From Lingula anatina (taxonomy: Eukaryota; Animalia; Brachiopoda), in the NCBI GenBank assembly GCA_051362555.1, contig CM120648.1, forward strand, positions 18,596,587 through 18,660,586: 64,000 bases of DNA, written 5' to 3'. This document shows positions 12,201 through 24,200 of this stretch, one piece after another. The translations under genes were made by a program, and so were the position numbers. The first letter of the stretch is position 1. Every line of letters starts with the position of its first letter. The notes beneath the pieces are model-generated. The model did no database searches. It worked only from the letters and a program-made list of their open reading frames with translations, and was not told the origin of the DNA.

Positions 12201-15184
12201 ATTGTTGTTTTTTATTTATTTATTTTATTTTATTTTATTTTATTTTATTTTATTTTATTTTATTATTATTATTTTTTTTTTTTGCATGTTTTGAGAACTT
12301 TTGTTTATTGCATTTTATAGAGCTTGTCAAGCACAAGACTGGTGGTGATGTCCAATATATATATATATATATTTTTTTTTTTTTTATTTTTTTATTTTTT
12401 TTTTTTTTTGGGGGGGGGGGTCCATACGAATGTGCTTACTCCAGCTGGTGGTACAATATCCAGAGGCGGCCATTATACTTTTTGTGCCTTGAAGACTGGG
12501 CGCTTGATAGCAATTATACTTGATCTTATTAGACGCATTTTCAATGTAATTTATTTATTTTTTTACAATATTTATACAATATCCCGAAGTTAAATTATAT
12601 GTTAAAATTTTGGAAAGAAATTCCTTTATCTTAGCCCTATTTTTGTTTTCTTTAAAGTTGAGTCATTTTCTGCTAGAATGGTGTTTGATATTATTCTTCT
12701 CTTTATTCTACAGCCGCTCCCCCTGATGACAGTGAATCACCTGCCTCTCCTGACAAAACAGCAGGTACATGTAAGTAGCGTACATGTACTAGTAAAACAA
12801 GATTCTCGTCTATTGCTCAGAATGTTCGAGATTTGTTCTAGCTTGTCGATTAAGTATGTGAGTTCCTGCATTCTTATTTTCATCAAACTGTATGAATAAT
12901 GTTACATTGAAATTGACTATACCTTACAATTTTAATTGATTTTACTGAATGTAAAAACATTCAGTGTTTATCACCCCGTTATGTTTTGAGCTTATCCACT
13001 TGTATTCATCAGAGAGGATACATTTTAAAGAAAAGTTTGTTTTTTTTCGCAAATTGCTGATAAACCTTCAGACGAAACAGACGAAAGCTTCTAGTGTATT
13101 TGATAACTGTTTCACAAAGTTAATTGACACTAAACACATTCAAATTTTGTCAATAATTACAATACTTTTTAACGCTAAAAAGTTTTATTTTAACCGCACT
13201 GTTTATTGTACAGTCCCTTTCAAAGGTGAAAGTGGATCTCATACCTCTGGGGAAGAAAACATGAGTAGTATAAGAATGTTGACGATATGTCGATGTATGA
13301 ACAGTCCCTGACAGATGAAATAAATTAGATTAAAAGCATGTCTATTAAGATTAAGGTCTAGTCTCTCTCTCTCTTTCTCAAACCCCCCCCCCCCTTGAAG
13401 AAGGCACACAAGCTGAAAACTCAATCAGGCGCTTGATACCAATTATACTTATTACATGCATTTTCAATCTAATTTATTTATTTTTATACAATATTTATAC
13501 AATATACTCAGTATAAATACGATGACTTGAATAAATGTGCACTCATTTTAATACATTACAGTATGCATTATGCTAAAATCAGTTAGTTTGGACATAGCTT
13601 ATTGTATTCATCGCAGTGGCAGAAAGGGACCATCTAGATGATATTGAGAAGGAGCTATTGGAAAAAATTGAGAAAATTGCCCGAGGAGAAGATGTGGAGC
13701 CAGAGAAACAGGTCACAATTTGGGACTTTGCAGGTCAGGATGTCTACTACACCACGCACCAAACGTTCCTCTCAGAACGGATCATCTACTTGTTGGTATT
13801 CCGACTTAACCAGGACCTCGATGATAAAATCCCTGTATACAGGGGAGAGAAGACGCTGAAAGGTATTGTTGAGCTTTATGTATATATCTTTACATGTATT
13901 AGAGCGGATTCTCAACGAATTAAGCCAGGCTTTACAAAGCCAGTGACCTAAAAATGGCGGACGTACATGAAAGAAAACCGCCTAATCTTTTAATAGTCTC
14001 TCCGCCTCCCCACACGTCGTCCCTGCGGGGTACAGTAATTAAATCTCGGCTCCGTTCGCCATGCGGAAGCTACCTGAGAAATATTAAGTGCGCATGCTCA
14101 TTGGTCTTGGGTCAGCTGATCAGCTAGTTCCCCTTCTTCAGTTGAAAGAACGCACGCGACGAAACAACAACGACATCAGCTATCACAAATTATCATCAAA
14201 CATGCCTGCCCAGCGGTCAGACAATTGGACAAGACAGGAAACTGTAGCCTTGCTGAGCATTTGGGGGGAGGCAAATGTTCAACATCAATTAGAAGACGGC
14301 AAACAAAGAAACATTCATGTATACCGGTGTCACGTGAAGAAACCGTCGTCGTGAATAAACCGTTCTGACGGATTATTCACGCGGGGGTAGCAGTCCGTGA
14401 ATAAACCGTCGTCGTGAATAAACCGTCGTGCCGCGCTGGTCATGCTGCTTACCTGGCCATTGTTCTCCGGTTTTATTACGCAATTTGGAGGCACTGTACA
14501 GTGCACATATATCCCCACATATATATATATATCACACCTTACCTGGTTATTGTTCTCAAGATACACCAATTAGGCCCTACTACAGCTGTTGTAAGAACCT
14601 AGATGAGATCGTTCAAATTTTGTCCTTTGTATTGTGGGTCAAGTTTATCTGTTAGTGTTAGGTATAAATAATTTTGTTTAGCTACTATTTAGCCTATGCA
14701 TTTTTTTTTTTTACTTTATGTTAATAATATTTTGGTCTGTCTTGCCGAAGTAGTTTATTGCGGTAACCGTAGACAGCAACCAGATCCTAAAACAATTAAG
14801 ACGAGAGAACTTTTAACCAACATACCTGGGTAGCCTTGTGAGTACACAGATTGTTGATATTTAAGAAATCCCTTAAAGAATTTTCAGTTGACTTCCATGC
14901 CAACTTCAGGAATATATTTGAAAAATAGAGATTTAAAGTTAAGAAGTAGGCCCTATTTATTGATACAGACAAAAATCGCAATTAAATGTAATTTAATGTT
15001 TTTTCCATTCAATTCTAGTGCCAAATGAGACTTGGATGAATTTTTGAGATCATGTATGGTATATGTCCACCAATTAAAACTAGTCATTTCGTGTCCATTA
15101 CTTGTCATGTGTTTTGTAATCATTGCAATATTAAATGAACTTCGCTGTCTTCATGTTTTACATATAAAGAACCAGTATTATCCT

Positions 15185-15216
<32 letters not shown>

Positions 15217-18200
15217 CTGTATAAAAATCAAACTCAATTTATTGTTATATTTCTCATTGCTTTATCACAACATGAATGATAAATGTTCACATATTTTCAA
15301 AAAAAAAAAAACAATAATAATAATAATAATAACTTCTAATTAGATATCAAACATCTTTTTGACACACATTACAACATGACAAAATGTGGCCAAAATTTCT
15401 TTTCAGCCATCATTCAAATGTTTTCATAATTTTCTTAATTTTGCGCACAATTTTGTACAGTTTTCAACCTTTTTGAAACAATATGTTAAGGATAAATTTA
15501 CATTTCAGAAAATGTTTTAGACTTTTGTTCCCACCAGACGTTGATAAAACATCCTTAAATGTAATTGTAATATTTCTTATTTTTTTATATTTTTTCAAGT
15601 TTTTAATGGCACTATTTCCATGTACCCTAGGTTCTAGATTTAGGTATTGCCAAATCGATCTTGATTTCATATATATATAGCACACTTCAGCAATACACCG
15701 TAAAGCTAACACATGAAAAGGTTTAGTAAAAAAGCTAGCTTTATAGTGTCCTGACCCTCAGGGCATTCCTATGTGGTTTTCTAGAAATTTTAAAATGTGC
15801 TAATGTTTAAGATTAGCAAAATTAAAAAAGAACACAGTATATTATACAAAATACAACATGTTTATTTGGTGATGTGAAAATATAGAACAATTACAACAAG
15901 TAATCATCACAATACACACACACACTATAATTTTAAGCTATTTTCTTCTGCCAATCAATCTGAACAATGAAATAAAATAAATGTGTTAAAGCTTTATGAT
16001 ATAAAAAAAACTGACTTGAAGGTGGACTGTTGGGAATGCGTCGACCTTCTCACTTTGGACGTGTAACACACCTGTGAACATATCTAAAATTATATAATGG
16101 GCATTCATACGAGTCTTACGACGACTTTCTGCAAACGCAGTCACATTCACGACACTGACAAAGTTGACTTACAGCACGTAGCTACATATGTATTTCCAAC
16201 ATTTCGCCGTAGAGGAAGTTATATTATTGTCAAACACACACTTTCTCTCGACAACAATTACTGAACTCTAAACTGAAAGAACGTTGTAGTGTGAAAACAT
16301 TTATACTACGAGTCTTACTACAACTTCATCACAGAGCAAAACAGTTCAGTCACGATCACAATCTCAGTAATAAGGGCTGTGTCACACGCTTCCTTTGGTG
16401 TTTATATAAAACTTTTTCAACATTCCTCCGTGGAGTTTATTATAAGATTATCAAATACATACTCTCTCATGGCAAAAACCACTGAATTACGAATTGAAAG
16501 GTCACTAGTTCCAAAAATACCTACGACGATATCGTCATACCGGAAGTCCCTTCTTTCAATCTACACTCAATGCGCATGTGCAGAACGGTTTCGTCACGGC
16601 ACGGGTCTATCACGCCACACCGGAGGATAGCGGAGAGGTTACAGAGGGAACATGGATTTGAGAGAACTGGAAAGGAGTGTTTAGAAAAAGTGAAGAGGCT
16701 AAAGGAGCTGTACAAAAAATCCAAAGATCAAAACAAGTAAGTCGCAAGAAACGTTTAAATCAGTGGCACTCACATTGTGTATCAAGATTTGTTTTGGCTC
16801 ACGGGGATTCAATATGGTCGGGTATTTGGGGTCTCGCAGCTTTATGTAGCCGATGTCAGTGCCGTTTACTATTGGCCTAGTTCTAGAATAACGAAGAAGT
16901 CCTTCCACGCAGATTTTCATATTCATAATTACTTTTAGGTAACTTTTACTTTCTTAATTTTAGCCGGAGTGGAGCAGCCCCAAGGACATTTCTCTATTAT
17001 GACCAGTTGGACGCCATATTGGGCAATCGCCCCATTGAAATGCCCACACGTCTGTTGGAGTCTGGAGTTGATGATGCAGGTATGTTATGATACTTTGTTC
17101 TTCTTCTAGCTTTACAGCTGCCAGTGTCACTGCAGTAAACATCCCAATTAAGGGAAGGGCACCAGAGCTAGGGTCTTTGTCACTGTTGTGTTCGTGCATT
17201 TTCCTACCTTCACCCGGTGTGCTCTCCCTGCGCGGAGAGCGCGCAATTACGGTAAGTACTGCGCACACCAGGTGGAGAGTCCAACTTCCCTGCCTGATCC
17301 CGGTGAGTACAACTCAACCACAGCTACCGTGCAGACGTGTACGGTACAGACGACAAAAAATAATCAGAATTGAGACACAATACACAGTGATCTACAATCT
17401 CACTCCGTAAGTAGAACCAGTGAATACTTTATTGGCGACGAGGCATTCGTAACTTGTAATTTTGCGGGCCTAAAGCTTAGTTTTCGCTGCGATCTAGCTG
17501 AAAGTAGATTACGCGGGAAATTCCTTTGTCTAACATCCTTTTGAATAATTGGGTGGAGCGGCGGTCAAAATTGTAGTTTCAGTTTTGGATCATAAAGGTT
17601 ACCGCTTCTGGAGACACTGGTATTTGTTGCGTATCTACTGTATTTTCAGTGCTTACGTGTGTGAATTGTGATATAAAGGAGACGTTGGTCTCATTCCCCT
17701 GTGTGTTGTTATCAAAGCTGAATTTTCCCCAAGACTGAGGTGCACACGTAATATTTTAGTTTCTTTGTTTCTTTAGTTTATTTGAAAGAATAAAATATTG
17801 ACTTCAGTGTTTTTGTTGATTATTCTTTTGTATTTTAGATAGGATTCTGAACAGAATTTCTGTCTAAATTCAACTTATTGCGTTGTGTGCCGAAGTCTTC
17901 CTTCCCCGAATTTGAATTAACTGTACGTTTTTGGATTCTATTTATAGTGAATTTCGCTATAAGCTTGGAAGTGTATTGTGCTTTGATAGGTGAAATTATT
18001 TTGAATCAATTTAATTCTCGCTTACAAATGTACAATGGCGAGTGCATCAAGGTTGCCAATCAATCGTGCGACTTACGATGAGCTCGTTACGCTGCCGGGT
18101 ATAGGTCCTAAACGTGCAGAAAGGATAATATACGCTAGAGAGCAAGGGATCCCCGTGACCAGATCCAACATTTTGGAAATTTGTGGATCCAATACCGGAT

Positions 18201-21200
18201 CAAATAAAATCAAAAATTTCTCTTTTGGGGGTACTCACAGCAGTGAATTAGGATCTGAAGTCAACATGGGTGACCTAGACCCTAGCGTATTATCCACTCA
18301 AAAAACTCATTACACAACTTCTAAAGTGACTTCCTACATTCAGCATGAAGGAAGAGCGGCTGCTGAGAGATATAGGGCGGAATTTGAAAAAATTCTCAAA
18401 CTGGGTGAGAAAATTCAACACCAAGAACAAATTTCTCGCAGTAAAAATATAAAAAACGCTGCTAATTTTTCACCATCAACATATTCTAAATTAAAATCTT
18501 GTTCAAAATCACATTTTCACTCAGCTATTGACCCAAAATCTTTCACATCGCAGCCAGCCACTTTAGCCTCTGAACACGACATTTTTGCTCTGCCTATTGA
18601 GAGGCTGCGTGCCAATAACAAAGATAAAAAAGTAACATCTTCTGTGCATGCAAAGTCTTCAGGCCGCGTCATGAACCCTGATACTGTTACTTCCTTTCCG
18701 AATGGTAAGGACAGTAGTCGGCACTTTGCTCCGTCTGTCCATAAGGGTGATGTGAATTGTGATCTGTATCAGTTTCATGTTCCTAAACCCGGAAGGCGGC
18801 AACGACATGTTGAGCAAAATTTTGCCGATACAGTTCAACAAAATCATGAATACCGGTCTAGTTCAATAGGAAAACATTATACGCGCCCTAGAATCTCGCC
18901 TCCCGTTTTCTGTGACGAACCACTAATTTATGAAAGGGATAACATTGAAAAAGAATACTTTCGGCTACCCAAACCAGAAAAAGTAGGTCCAAAAAGTAAA
19001 AAGGACAGAGTAGACCCCAGTGATTTACCTAAACAATTATCGTTTGACGGAAACAGTGACGACTGGGAGTCTTTAAGAAAAAGATATGAAAGTTATCGCC
19101 AGATAAAAGAGTGGTCAGAAGACGAGTGTCTGGACTACCTTCTGTGGTGTCTTGAAGGCGAGGCTTTGGCCCTGTATAATAGCCATCTCAGAGCAAATAA
19201 AAATGTGTCGTACACATCTATAATGAAAGAAATGGACTTAGTGTTCGGGATTAAAAAACATCCCGATTCGGCTCGCCTGGCATTTCTTACTGCCGTTCAA
19301 TCGCAAAACGAAACGTTAAACCAATGGCTGTGCCGCGTTTTGTTATTGGTCAGAGATGCTTATCCTGATAAATCGGAGTCTTTTAGGACAAAAGAAACAA
19401 TATCAAAATTTTGTCAAGACTGTATTGATCAGGATGCTGGGCGTTATACTAGTTTAAAGCATCCAGCAAGCATCAGCGACGCAATAACACATATGGTGGA
19501 CTATCAACATGTTTGTAAACCCACGAATAGTCAAAAAGAAACAAGAAAAATTCGTGAAAAAATTCAAATATGTTCTCTTGATCTTACAGCTAGAGAAAAT
19601 CAACAATCTCCATCTGAAAATGTTGAAAAACTAGTTGAGTCCATCATAGAGAAACGTGTCAGCCAGCAGCCAAAATTGAGCACAATTCAATTTAATTCAA
19701 GGGCTGACTTGGAAAAAACGGTTGAACATTTGGTCAGGAAGTCCACACCTAAAACATCAAGTGTGTGTTTCTTCTGTAAAAGAAAAGACCATTTTAAAAG
19801 AAATTGCCAGAAATATAAAGAGTTCTTAAAACGAAAAATTACTGAAAAAGAACTCGCAAAACAAAAGCGAGCTGATAACGCTGAGTCATTTAAACTTAAG
19901 GTTCGAGCATCGAGTACATGTTCAAATACACCGTCTCAAATGCATGGCACAGAAAAACCTCACCTAGTAGAACAATCATTGCAGCAAAATCAACGTAGGG
20001 GCGTAGAGTGGGAGTCTGATCCTAGTATAGATCAAAATCCTAGGCTTTCAGGCAATTTTTCGTCCATTAAGTGGTCTCGGGTGTAGATCAGTGGAAAAGT
20101 GGACATGGGCGCGCAGATTTCTGTAATGTCAGGGAGAGTGTATTGCGCGCATTTAAGGTTAGCCATCAGTTTTAAGTTGCCTCGACCTACTATCTCTTGC
20201 TGCAGGGAATAATCGGAAATTAGGAAAACGGGTTTGCATACATAATTTTGAGTCATTTTAGAATCAGTTGTTGTACATGTAGCACCAATGACAATTTTAA
20301 AATTGAATGCATATTTTCAGTGCAAAGTTTTCTGCAAATTGACGGAAAAGATAAAGCGGAACAAAGGATTCGTAGATCAAAGAAATAAGAGTAGCACCAG
20401 TACGTATAGGCCTAGTAAAAAGAAAAGGATAGTGGAATCCCCAAAAAATCGGAACATGATTCCATGCGAAATCTATAAACTGGCTGAAAGGTAGTCATGG
20501 ATAGAAATAAAGAGTAAAATGGGGTTACTGACTCAGAGAATGGTGCTGTCCGAAAATTCCGATCAATAAAGAAAACTTCATGCGGTAAAGTCATGTGGTA
20601 GCTGCAAGTGGCAAACACATTTTGGAAACCTCTAAATTGGATTGATATTAGCTTAGGGGGGTGGATTGTAAAGTTAAAAAAAAAAAAATCTGTGCCTGCA
20701 TTATCAGTTACAAAGCTGATGAGACAACATGTACCGATGTACCGGTGGGAACACCTGAAATTATTCATAAAATCAGCTGTTTCTAGAACCGGTATCGAAT
20801 CTTAAAATACGCTTGTGGGATAAAACATACTAGTGGAGGTTTTCATTCACCCTCCTATAACTGGTAACATCCCTATAACAAGTGTACACCCGAACCAAGA
20901 CCTAACTTGTGGGATTAAATTCTGCAGGGGTTTCAAGTGTTAATTCCCCTAATTTCGAGAATATCCCTAGAACAAGTAACCGATTGAAAAGGACTAAATG
21001 TCACAGACTCTGAAGGTGGGTGGAAGCACTAAGGGCCCTTCAAGTGCCCCATTCACTGGAAGACGTTTGTAAAACTAAAAATTAACACAAAACTACCGGT
21101 AGTATAACATCTTTCAAGACTCCAAACATCGGGAGTCCAAATTTAAATAAAAATGCTGGTGACGTTCACATCGGGCTAGACTCTTCGGGTTGCGTGTCTC

Positions 21201-24200
21201 TAGTAAAACAGGTTATCCCTGGACATCTGGAAGTGATGTTTAAAGTATCTAAAGGGAATAGTGTAGAATCAAATTTAGAAGGGGTGTTTTCTAAATTGAA
21301 ATATGTTTTTACTAGAGACAATTTTGATCTTGGTCGGTCTTAAGTCACTCAACGTGGAAATGAAGCCGAGAATGCCGAATCCCTTAAATCGCGTATGCGG
21401 TGGATGCTTGCGTGTGTCATGCAGAAAGCATAGGGGGCATTGTTAACGGAATGTTAACAACCGGATTCATGCAAGGCTGACAAGAGTCTCAGTTTGTGTG
21501 GACATTAGCACCAGTGTTAAATAAGAAAACGTGACGTCACGGTTAAAAATTTCCAATGGGGAAAATTAAAAATATTGCTAGCAATATCCTTAAAGAATTA
21601 GACTATCACTTTGTGATGTAGTTTATTTTTGTGTTTAAGAAAAATGGCTACAGTCTATTAAGATCAATTAATGGACTATAACTGTTATGTAGCTTATTTC
21701 TGTGTTAACACATGACTACAGTCCATATGACTATCACTCTGTGATGTAGTTTATTTTGTGTTAATAAATCGCTACAGTCTATTGTGATCAATGGACTATA
21801 ACTGTTATGTAGCTTTATTTTGTGTTAACACGTGACTACAGTCTAATTTGATGAAATTTTTGAAATACCGGGATCTTATTTTTGCATTCCATTTTTCTTT
21901 TCATTTATTTATAAGAATTTTTGGAACGGACTATCACTTTATTTTTGGTGATGTGACTGGCTGGTGAATGAACAGCTCATCACAGTCTGTTCTGCTGTTT
22001 ATTTATTTTTTGTATTTTTCTTCGGCGGACTATCACCTCGGTGATGTTGTTAGCACTAACAGCTAATGACAGTCTGTACGAATATTTCAACTGGAATCCA
22101 CTTTATTTCATTTATCCAAAGGAATTTTAAGTTTGTACATGGACAAACATGTATTTATAATTAGCTCCTTTCAAATAAAAGTGGGGGGAATGTTGTGTTC
22201 GTGCATTTTCCTACCTTCACCCGGTGTGCTCTCCCTGCGCGGAGAGCGCGCAATTACGGTAAGTACTGCGCACACCAGGTGGAGAGTCCAACTTCCCTGC
22301 CTGATCCCGGTGAGTACAACTCAACCACAGCTACCGTGCAGACGTGTACGGTACAGACGACAAAAAATAATCAGAATTGAGACACAATACACAGTGATCT
22401 ACAATCTCACTCCGTAAGTAGAACCAGTGAATACTTTATCACCATCGAAAATTGCCAAATTAATTAACCTGTCAGTTTTCCCAGGTAACAAAGACCAGGA
22501 AACTGACAGGTTAATTAGCTGCCTACTTCCTTGTTTGCTATTGTGGACACCTGTAATTGATAAGTCCATTTACAATTAAAGTTGTGTAGTTGGTTCCCTT
22601 CACTGAGTAAATGGCTCACTGCATGAATTATATAGAAAGTTATTTTTAAATTGTTTTATTAAATTTACCAAGCAAGCTTTGGGACTGTTCAGGTGACATT
22701 TATTAACAATAGGATTTTATTTGTTTATTATTTTTTTATGTCAATGAACTTGTTTATAGCCTGATATCTCATTTTCTTCAGGGCCACTAGAGAGAGCAGA
22801 GGAGGAAGAAGAAGAAGAACAAACACAAGATGACGTTGATGAGACAGAAGAAAACTTGGTCACCCCTATGCGGCCTCGGGCAGGCAGCAACACTTCAAGT
22901 AGCAGTGGGTCAAGTATGTTATATATTTGGTGAAACCCGCAACAAAAACTTTTCTTCAGCTCATACACATTTCTGTCACTAGTCCACATTTTGTGTTTCA
23001 CACTTTTGGTACAGCAATATCTTAAAAAGTGGTATGTATGATATATGTTAAATACCCAGACCATACATTATATAGGTGACATATCAGTTTACTTATAGAA
23101 TTCAGGACATGTGCAGTGTCTGTAGGTCAGACATGTACTGTAACCTAGCTTTCAGTTTGTGTTAGTCACACAAATAGTAAAAATCTGCTTTCTAGAAGTC
23201 GAGAGAATTCAAGTTAACATGAGAAAAAAGTATTTTTTAAAATTTGTTTTATATTACTAAAACGTTTCTAGTTTTAAAATTGTACCTTGCAAATGTTTCA
23301 TACATATAATTTTTCTTTCAGGCTCTAGGAGGAAACGTAGGCTGACAGGGGAAGATGTGGATGTGATGCTAAAAACAATGCTACAGAAGCAAGACGATGA
23401 GAGGAACAGCTGGGCTGAACTTCAAAAGGAGGTTGAGGAACGTCACAGAAAATGGACCATGGAGCTGGAAGAGAACAGGCAAAGATGGCTTGAAAATATG
23501 GAAGAAAGGAAGAGGCGATGGATAGAAGCAATGGAGGAGAAAGAAAGCCATCGCCGGAAGGAAGATCGGGAACATGAACTGAATGTATTAAAGCTCATAA
23601 TGAATTCTAAATAGAGAATTTTTTTTTTAATTTATTTATTTCCTTAACATAGAAGGATAGAAACAGTATATTATTTAAGGAATGAAGGAGTATATTGGAA
23701 ATCATTAATGTTTTCCCATGAAAGTAAAAGCTCATTAAGAAATATGATACAGAGATCTTAGAACTAATTTATAAGAGTTTGCTAAAATAAATATTTGATG
23801 ACAATATATTTCTCTACTTCTTTTAAACACCAAGTTTTTTGATGGGCTCATATGTATATATCATATTTTTTAATAATCATAATACATTTCTTATCCGTTC
23901 TCTTTGTGAAACTCCTCATTTTCTAATATAGTTAATTTTGTATTTTATTTTTGTCTTTACCAAGCAGGTGTTTCTGTCCATAATGTTCTTACTATTTCAC
24001 ATTTATAAAACAAATGTACTGTTACTGTATCAGATTTACAGGGAGAGCAGGTTTTATTTGGAACTTTTCCAATTTTATACCAAAAATCTCTAGTGGCTAG
24101 AATTGTGTTTATAATAATGAACTGGAAACATCTCTTTTTTACAATAATGAATGAAATAAATTGTGTTAACTATCTATAGTCAAGTCTTGATTATTAAGAG

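Larger units (their letters stand above)
17184..22438 (+). mobile_element. Non-autonomous Ty3/Gypsy-like LTR retrotransposon (gag intact, pol decayed)
   Basis: Identical 248-bp LTRs, TCAC TSD (17180-17183, 22439-22442), PBS, PPT and a gag ORF. Confidence 0.95.
14202..23614 (+). pseudogene. Harbinger Myb/SANT (trihelix, MSANTD-like) partner gene disrupted by insertion. Pieces: 14202-14327, 16624-16736, 16964-17079, 22782-22913, 23322-23614
   Basis: Reconstructs MPAQRSDNWTRQETVALLSIWGE...NIHVYR|RIAERLQREHGFERTGKECLEKVKRLKELYKK...SGAAPRTFLYYDQLDAILGNRP, then an acidic linker and a C-terminal coiled coil. Exon 1 is split by the 14328-16619 insertion. Confidence 0.88.

Noticed and set aside
17087-17410. 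ORFs duplicated at 22133-22417
   Set aside because: Incidental frames within the two identical LTRs.
18035-18200. Bacterial comEA gene or contamination
   Set aside because: The HhH is in frame with Gag between LTRs with a TSD, inside spliceosomal introns.
21599-22077. Hammerhead ribozyme array
   Set aside because: No CUGANGA/GAAA core and the junction has no unpaired nucleotides. Reported as an unknown structure instead.
22461-22517. 18-bp-arm palindrome next to the 3' LTR
   Set aside because: Probably the centre of an old MITE (weak inverted ends near 17131 and 22623) that the LTR element hit. Boundaries and TSD could not be fixed.
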